A DNA stretch of 53,507 bases from Alphaproteobacteria bacterium MarineAlpha2_Bin1. Lineage in GTDB: Bacteria > Pseudomonadota > Alphaproteobacteria > SHVP01. The first letter of the stretch is position 1, and each line of letters starts with the position of its first letter. The stretch covers positions 1-53,507 of the forward strand of contig PTLN01000001.1 in NCBI GenBank assembly GCA_002938125.1, given 5' to 3'. Below the pieces are notes generated by a model. That model was not told the DNA's origin. It made no database searches and saw only the letters and a program-made list of their open reading frames with translations. The position numbers were made by a program, and so were the translations under genes. This document shows positions 48,121 to 53,507 of this stretch, in pieces.

Positions 48121-49014
48121 TTAAAATACTTTTCCTTTTAAAATACCACTAGGTCTCCAGATCAGTAATAAAACCATAATAGCAAATGCTACACCAGATT
48201 TATAACCTGGTGAAAGTAGAGGTAACTCATCACCCAACCAAGTATAGCTTGATAACTCCTCAGCCATTCCAATTATTAATCCACCAATAATAGCACCATA
48301 TGGACTTCCTATACCTCCCAGTATTGCCGCAGCAAAGATGGGAAGTAGCAAGTCCCAGCCCATATTAGACTGAAGTTGAGTATCTATACCAAGGAAGACT
48401 CCAGCTGAAGCAGCTAAACTTCCTCCAATTACCCAAGTCCAGATTATAACTTTTTCTGTATTAATACCAGTGATTTGAGCAAGAGATACATTATCACTTA
48501 CGGCTCGCATCGCTTTTCCCATTGTAGTTTTTGCAAGGAAATAGTGCATAATAAGTATAATTAAGAATGTAAATAAAACTATATAAATGTGCTTTTCAGC
48601 AATAATTAATGTATCAAATAATTTTAAAGGCACGCTAAAAGTTCCTTCATTATAAGATTCTATTTCAACTCCCCAAATAAGTTGTACTGTAGCTCTTAAC
48701 ATAAGCGCAATTCCAAATGATGATATTAGAAGTATTACTGTAGGGCTATACCGCAATGGCTTATAAAAAAACCTATCAATTAAAATACATATTATTATTG
48801 AAAATAAAATAGCTGCGGGTAATGATAGTAGGCCACTAAGACCAAAAGTAGATGTAAAAAAGAATGCAATGTATGCTCCAAGGGTTATAAGATCACCATG
48901 GGCAAAATGAGCAAACCTCAATATACCGAATAAGAGGGAAACACCCACTGCGCCAAGGGCATAAATACAACCTAGAACCAAGCCTGGTATAAAATAGTAA
49001 TTAATAAATTCCAT
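48121..49014 (-). CDS. livH: Branched-chain amino acid ABC transporter permease LivH
   Basis: 297 aa. LivH-like N-terminus GLVLGCIYALGAVGVSLLFGILRFAHFAHGDL. Confidence 0.85.
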   Translation of the reverse strand: MEFINYYFIPGLVLGCIYALGAVGVSLLFGILRFAHFAHGDLITLGAYIAFFFTSTFGLSGLLSLPAAILFSIIICILIDRFFYKPLRYSPTVILLISSFGIALMLRATVQLIWGVEIESYNEGTFSVPLKLFDTLIIAEKHIYIVLFTFLIILIMHYFLAKTTMGKAMRAVSDNVSLAQITGINTEKVIIWTWVIGGSLAASAGVFLGIDTQLQSNMGWDLLLPIFAAAILGGIGSPYGAIIGGLIIGMAEELSSYTWLGDELPLLSPGYKSGVAFAIMVLLLIWRPSGILKGKVF

Positions 49015-49120
49015 TCTATTTTGTTTCGTTTAATATAATCATATTATTTTGTATAGAGTATATTATAATTTAAGTAATAAATAAAAATTAAATTACATAT
49101 GTTAATTAATATTTAAATAA

Positions 49121-49987
49121 ATGAAACCAGAATATATAGGAAAAACTAAGGTAAATAAAATTGAGGAATACGTCGATAGGCTAGATCCTAGTTTCGTATT
49201 TAAGAAGTTCAATAATTATATTATTGAAGAAAATCAATCTTGGCTTTTACCTGATTTTGTAGAAAAAAAAACTTTACTTTTGTATTTTAGTTTTCATTCA
49301 TATTTAATTGAAACACCAAGATACAAAATCCTTATTGATACCTGTGTAGGGAATCACAAATCAAGGCCTTTACCTAATTGGAATATGAGAAATTCAAATT
49401 TTCTTCAAAAATTTAAACAATTTAATTTGGACAGAAGTATGATTGATTTTGTTATGTGCACACACTTGCATGCAGATCATGTTGGATGGAATACGTTATT
49501 AGATAATGGTAAATGGGTTCCTACATTCCCTAATGCAGAATATATTTTTTCAAAAAAAGATTATGATTTTTTTAATAACGTTAAAGAGGGAGATCAAGGA
49601 TATTTAAGTATGATTGATAGTGTAAGACCAATAGTAGAACATTCACAAGCAAAATTGGTTGATGATAGTTTTTCTATTGATGAAACAATTCATTTAGAAC
49701 CTACACCAGGTCATACACCTGGACATATTTGTATAAAATTAAACTCAGAAAACGAGCATGCAATCTTTACTGGAGACTTGATTCATCATCCAATTCAAGT
49801 TTGTCAACCTGATTTAGAAACAAATTTTTGCTTTGATCCAAAATTAGCAGTTAAAACCCGAAAAGAATTCATCGAAAATAATACAGATCAGAATGTTATT
49901 ATATTTCCGGCTCACTTTTCCAATCATACAAAAGGTTTAATAAAATCTAGTAAGATGGGAAGTGTATATAAAGTAATTAAAAGCTAA
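49121..49987 (+). CDS. MBL-fold metallo-hydrolase
   Basis: 288 aa. HxHxDH motif CTHLHADHVGWN plus a downstream TPGHTPGH. Substrate unknown. Confidence 0.75.
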   Translation: MKPEYIGKTKVNKIEEYVDRLDPSFVFKKFNNYIIEENQSWLLPDFVEKKTLLLYFSFHSYLIETPRYKILIDTCVGNHKSRPLPNWNMRNSNFLQKFKQFNLDRSMIDFVMCTHLHADHVGWNTLLDNGKWVPTFPNAEYIFSKKDYDFFNNVKEGDQGYLSMIDSVRPIVEHSQAKLVDDSFSIDETIHLEPTPGHTPGHICIKLNSENEHAIFTGDLIHHPIQVCQPDLETNFCFDPKLAVKTRKEFIENNTDQNVIIFPAHFSNHTKGLIKSSKMGSVYKVIKS

Positions 49988-50000
49988 GGGCAGGTGGTTA

Positions 50001-50582
50001 ATGAAAAAAATTAATTCTTTATATGAGAAAAGAGTTCAAAGTCTTAATAAAATTCTTACAAAAAAATTTAAAAAACCTTCTAGAGTAAATTACAATAATT
50101 CAGCAGAAAATATTATAAATGAGATAAAAGAAAATATGCTAAAAAATAATATTTTAGATGAAAATGAGATACAAAGAAAATTACTTAGTATTAAAGGTAA
50201 TTTAAATTCTTTATTTGAAATTGAGAATAGTAATGGTTCTTTTTTTAAATATAATAAAGAAAGATACACTCAAGTTGAGAGGCTAGAAGGTCACCCTATA
50301 TCTAAAGGAATATCTATAAATATCTTATTTAAATCAGATGAAATTTTAGTAGCAGAAATAAAAAGAGAGAAAAATTCAAAGGAACCCCTTCATAGTAATC
50401 ATGATCATACAACAGTATCAACTTTAAAGAAAGGGAAATTAAAATTATTAATTGATGATAACTTTTTTATAGCTGAGAGAGGTGACCTGTGGATTTATAG
50501 ACCAACTAATCATCATTCTATTCTGGCTCTAGAAAATAGTATTGAAATATTAATAAAATACCCACCAGTAAAAACTTGGTAA
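50001..50582 (+). CDS. Hypothetical protein with possible C-terminal cupin-like domain
   Basis: 193 aa. Lys/Asn-rich helical N-terminal half. The C-terminal region PLHSNHDHTTV...GDLWIYRPTNHHS loosely resembles the two cupin motifs. Starts 13 nt after the MBL gene. Confidence 0.4.
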   Translation: MKKINSLYEKRVQSLNKILTKKFKKPSRVNYNNSAENIINEIKENMLKNNILDENEIQRKLLSIKGNLNSLFEIENSNGSFFKYNKERYTQVERLEGHPISKGISINILFKSDEILVAEIKREKNSKEPLHSNHDHTTVSTLKKGKLKLLIDDNFFIAERGDLWIYRPTNHHSILALENSIEILIKYPPVKTW

Positions 50583-50586
50583 TCAA

Positions 50587-51540
50587 TTACGTATACATTT
50601 TTATATATTCATCTACACCCATCTCTAGAGAATAAAAATTTTTATTGTAACCCATTCTATATAACTTCTCCATTTTTGCTTCTGTAAAGTATTGATACTG
50701 ATCTCTTACACTTTCAGGTGTATCAATCCAATTTATTTCTATATCAACATTCATAGAATTACATACAGAAGAGGCTAAGTCTAAAAAATTTCTGGCTTTA
50801 CCTGAACCTACATTATATATTCCAGAGAAATTATTTATATTTAAAAACCAATTAATAACATTTATACAATCTTCTACATAAATAAAATCTCTTAACTGCT
50901 CACCATCTTTATATCTTTCATTATGGGACTTAAATAATGTTATGGGTAATCCAGATTTTATTTGTTTAATCATTTGATAAGCAACACTAGACTGAGCGCC
51001 CTTGTGCTCTTCATTTGGCCCATAGACATTAAAAAATTTAAGCCCAGCCCAACACTCCGGAGATAATTTTTCTTCTATACAGTTCCTTACTACTTTAATA
51101 TCAAATAAGTGCTTACTCCAGCCATATGGATTTAACGGCTGAAGTTTACTTAAATTGCTAAGATCAAGATTATCGTCAAAACCTAAATAGCCATCACCGT
51201 ATGTCGCAGCTGATGAAGCATAAATGTACTTTATGTTATAACGTGAACAAAAATTCCATAACTCTAATGAAAAATAGTAATTATTATTTAGAATTAAATT
51301 TATATTTCTTTCAGTTGTGTCAGTAATTGCACCTAAGTGGATGATAGCTGTAATGATTTTTTTATTTTTTTTTAAAAATTCAAATAATTTTTCTGGTTCA
51401 ATTTTTTTTATTTTTTTATCTATAAATTCATCTGGCATTTTGCGTTTATCACAAATAATTATTTCGTAATCACTATTTCCTAATAGAGAAATAGCTAAAT
51501 TAACACCTATAAACCCAAAGCCACCTGTTATAATGATCAA
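50587..51540 (-). CDS. hldD: ADP-L-glycero-D-manno-heptose 6-epimerase
   Basis: 317 aa. Matches E. coli HldD from memory along its length (MIIITGGFGFIG, YASSAATYG, FFNVYGPNEEHKG, RDFIYVED). Confidence 0.85.
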   Translation of the reverse strand: MIIITGGFGFIGVNLAISLLGNSDYEIIICDKRKMPDEFIDKKIKKIEPEKLFEFLKKNKKIITAIIHLGAITDTTERNINLILNNNYYFSLELWNFCSRYNIKYIYASSAATYGDGYLGFDDNLDLSNLSKLQPLNPYGWSKHLFDIKVVRNCIEEKLSPECWAGLKFFNVYGPNEEHKGAQSSVAYQMIKQIKSGLPITLFKSHNERYKDGEQLRDFIYVEDCINVINWFLNINNFSGIYNVGSGKARNFLDLASSVCNSMNVDIEINWIDTPESVRDQYQYFTEAKMEKLYRMGYNKNFYSLEMGVDEYIKMYT

Positions 51541-51541
51541 T

Positions 51542-52996
51542 TTATTTTCCAGTTTGAATTTTTTTGATGATTTTTGATGAACTTTTTCCTTTTAAGTAAG
51601 GAGTTAATAGAACCTTACCTCCATAACTCTCGATGAAATGCTTACCAACTACTTCATTTAAACTATAATCAGAACCCTTAAATATAAAATTGGGACGAAG
51701 TTTTTTAATAATTTTTAATGGGTTTTTATCATCAAAAATAATAACTAAGTCAACTATCTCTAATAATGCTAATATTTTTGACCTAAAACGTTCATTATTA
51801 ATTGGACGCCCAGGTCCTTTCAGCAACTTGACAGAATTATCACTATTAAGAGCAATTATTAGTTTATCACAATTAGCTTTACAAAAATTAAGTGAGGTAA
51901 TATGCCCCTCATGTAGAATATCAAATACACCATTAGTAAAACCTATAGACAAACTATTTTTTTTCCAATCAGATATAATTTCTAAGGCATTATCTATTTT
52001 ATTTATCTTATTTACATATTTACTTATATAATTAAATAAATCATTTTTCTTTAATACAGCGGTTCCAAATTTTCCAACAACTACGCCCGCTGCAAAATTT
52101 GAAAATCTAGCTGCTGATTCTATATGACCACCTATTCCTAATATTATAGCTAAAGTAGCTACTACTGTATCGCCCGCACCTGAAACATCATAAACTTCTT
52201 TGGCCTCGGATTTTAAATTCATAACCCTACCTGAAGGCTTGAATAATGACATACCTTCATCACTCCTAGTGACTAAAACATAATTTATATTATTTTCACT
52301 TTTTATTTTTTTTGCAGCTTTATTTATTGAGTTATCATCATGACAATCTATTTTAGAAGCTAAGGATAATTCTAATTTGTTTGGAGTAATAATATCACAG
52401 CCAAAATATTTACTGTAATCGGAACCGTTTGGATCAACAATAATTGATTTATTTTTCTTTTTAGCATAGTGAATAATTTCTCTTGCAAGAGACTTTGTCA
52501 AAAAACCCTTTCCATAATCTGAGAGAATAATAATATCAAATTCACTTATACGTTTTTTAATCAATCTTTTAATTTTTCCTTCAAGATTTTTATTAATATC
52601 TCTCTTATCTTCTTTATCAACCCTCAATAAATGCTGACTTCCGGCGACATATCTTTCTTTAGTAGTCGAAATTCTTGTTTTGTCTACATATAGCTTACTT
52701 TTAGTTGCAGAAAGACCACTAACTAATTTCTTGATTGCTAAGCCTTCTGAGTCGTTACCAATACAAGATATAACCTCAGATTGTGCGCCTAATGACGAAA
52801 TATTGGCAATAACATTTCCAACTCCACCTAGTATATCTCTATGTTTTTGTGCATTCAGTATGGGTATTGGTGCTTCAGGTGAAACTCTATGAACATTTCC
52901 CGAAATAAACCTATCTAAGATAATGTCACCAATACAAAGGATTTTTATCTTATCAAAATTACTATTTTCTATTAAATAATTATTGAACAAACTCAT
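51542..52996 (-). CDS. hldE: Bifunctional heptose-7-phosphate kinase / heptose-1-phosphate adenylyltransferase
   Basis: 484 aa. Ribokinase-like N-domain (ILCIGDIILDRF...VSPEAPIPIL; DVSGAGDT) and cytidylyltransferase C-domain (GFTNGVFDILHEGH). Confidence 0.9.
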   Translation of the reverse strand: MSLFNNYLIENSNFDKIKILCIGDIILDRFISGNVHRVSPEAPIPILNAQKHRDILGGVGNVIANISSLGAQSEVISCIGNDSEGLAIKKLVSGLSATKSKLYVDKTRISTTKERYVAGSQHLLRVDKEDKRDINKNLEGKIKRLIKKRISEFDIIILSDYGKGFLTKSLAREIIHYAKKKNKSIIVDPNGSDYSKYFGCDIITPNKLELSLASKIDCHDDNSINKAAKKIKSENNINYVLVTRSDEGMSLFKPSGRVMNLKSEAKEVYDVSGAGDTVVATLAIILGIGGHIESAARFSNFAAGVVVGKFGTAVLKKNDLFNYISKYVNKINKIDNALEIISDWKKNSLSIGFTNGVFDILHEGHITSLNFCKANCDKLIIALNSDNSVKLLKGPGRPINNERFRSKILALLEIVDLVIIFDDKNPLKIIKKLRPNFIFKGSDYSLNEVVGKHFIESYGGKVLLTPYLKGKSSSKIIKKIQTGK

Positions 52997-53095
52997 TAAA
53001 GCGCCTTACTAAAGGTATATTTGCTATTCGGAAAAAACAACCTATTATACTACTTTAAATAAAATTTATATAAAAAAATACAATAAATTTGAACT

Positions 53096-53507
53096 ATGAA
53101 AAAAAAATTTTGGAAAAAAAAGAAACTTGAAGAATTAAATAAAGACGAGTGGGAGGCTCTATGTGATGGTTGTGGAAAATGCTGTTTAATCAAGCTTGAA
53201 GATGAAAAGACGGGAGATATAGAATATACTAACGTTGCCTGCAAGCTTTTATCATTAAAAAAATGTACGTGTTTAAAATATAAACAACGTCATAAAATTG
53301 TAGATGATTGTGTAAAGTTGAATTATCAAAATATAAATAAAATTAAGTGGATGCCTAAAACGTGCGCCTACAAACTAATATCTGAAGGTAAGGACTTACC
53401 AAAATGGCATCACTTGATATCAGGAAATAATAAATCAGTCCATTATTCAGGAAACTCTGTGAAAGGAAAAATTATAAGAGAAAACGAATCAATTGAACTA
53501 GAAAAAT
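53096..53507 (+). CDS. ycgN: YcgN-family (UPF0260) cysteine-cluster protein, 3' end beyond the window
   Basis: Not in the ORF track because no stop lies inside the window. Hand translation MKKKFWKKKKLEELNKDEWEALCDGCGKCCLIKLEDEKTGDIEYTNVACKLL...CAYKLISEGKDLPKWHHLISG closely matches E. coli YcgN from memory. Confidence 0.8.
   Translation, partial: MKKKFWKKKKLEELNKDEWEALCDGCGKCCLIKLEDEKTGDIEYTNVACKLLSLKKCTCLKYKQRHKIVDDCVKLNYQNINKIKWMPKTCAYKLISEGKDLPKWHHLISGNNKSVHYSGNSVKGKIIRENESIELEK

Overview
Visibly AT-rich (about 30% GC by eye, not counted), very gene-dense chromosomal window. By my own tally of the calls below, about 95% is coding, and many starts and stops overlap. Gene content and order are typical of Alphaproteobacteria: kdsD-lptCAB-rpoN-ptsN; the FYDLN-type Zn-ribbon gene divergent from aroA-cmk-rpsA-sppA-ihfB; pyrF-trpFBA-accD-folC; trxA-addA-addB-murU-amgK-tsaE divergent from chvI-chvG-ahcY. 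The overall style resembles streamlined pelagic alphaproteobacteria (SAR11/Pelagibacterales-like), but that placement is inference only. I found one tRNA (Ala-GGC). I found no rRNA, CRISPR array, IS element, integrase or prophage signature. Most of the window is ordinary housekeeping. Items worth a second look: (1) a stand-alone MotA/MotB stator pair with no flagellar genes nearby; (2) directly downstream, three old tandem paralogues of a soluble FAD_binding_2-type flavoprotein with an SDR between them, of unknown function; (3) tsaE has no canonical start codon; (4) AddA ends just after the helicase core and lacks the C-terminal nuclease domain; (5) an orphan 137-aa gene sits between two of the largest, most AT-rich spacers; (6) a Liv-type ABC importer locus has no ATPase genes; (7) modules usually present in conserved neighbourhoods (hpf, hprK-EIIA-ptsH) are absent. 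Several real genes are missing or wrongly bounded in the ORF track: the tsaE N-terminus, a 50-aa zf-CHCC gene, the partial ycgN, and an azlC ORF that reads through the tRNA.
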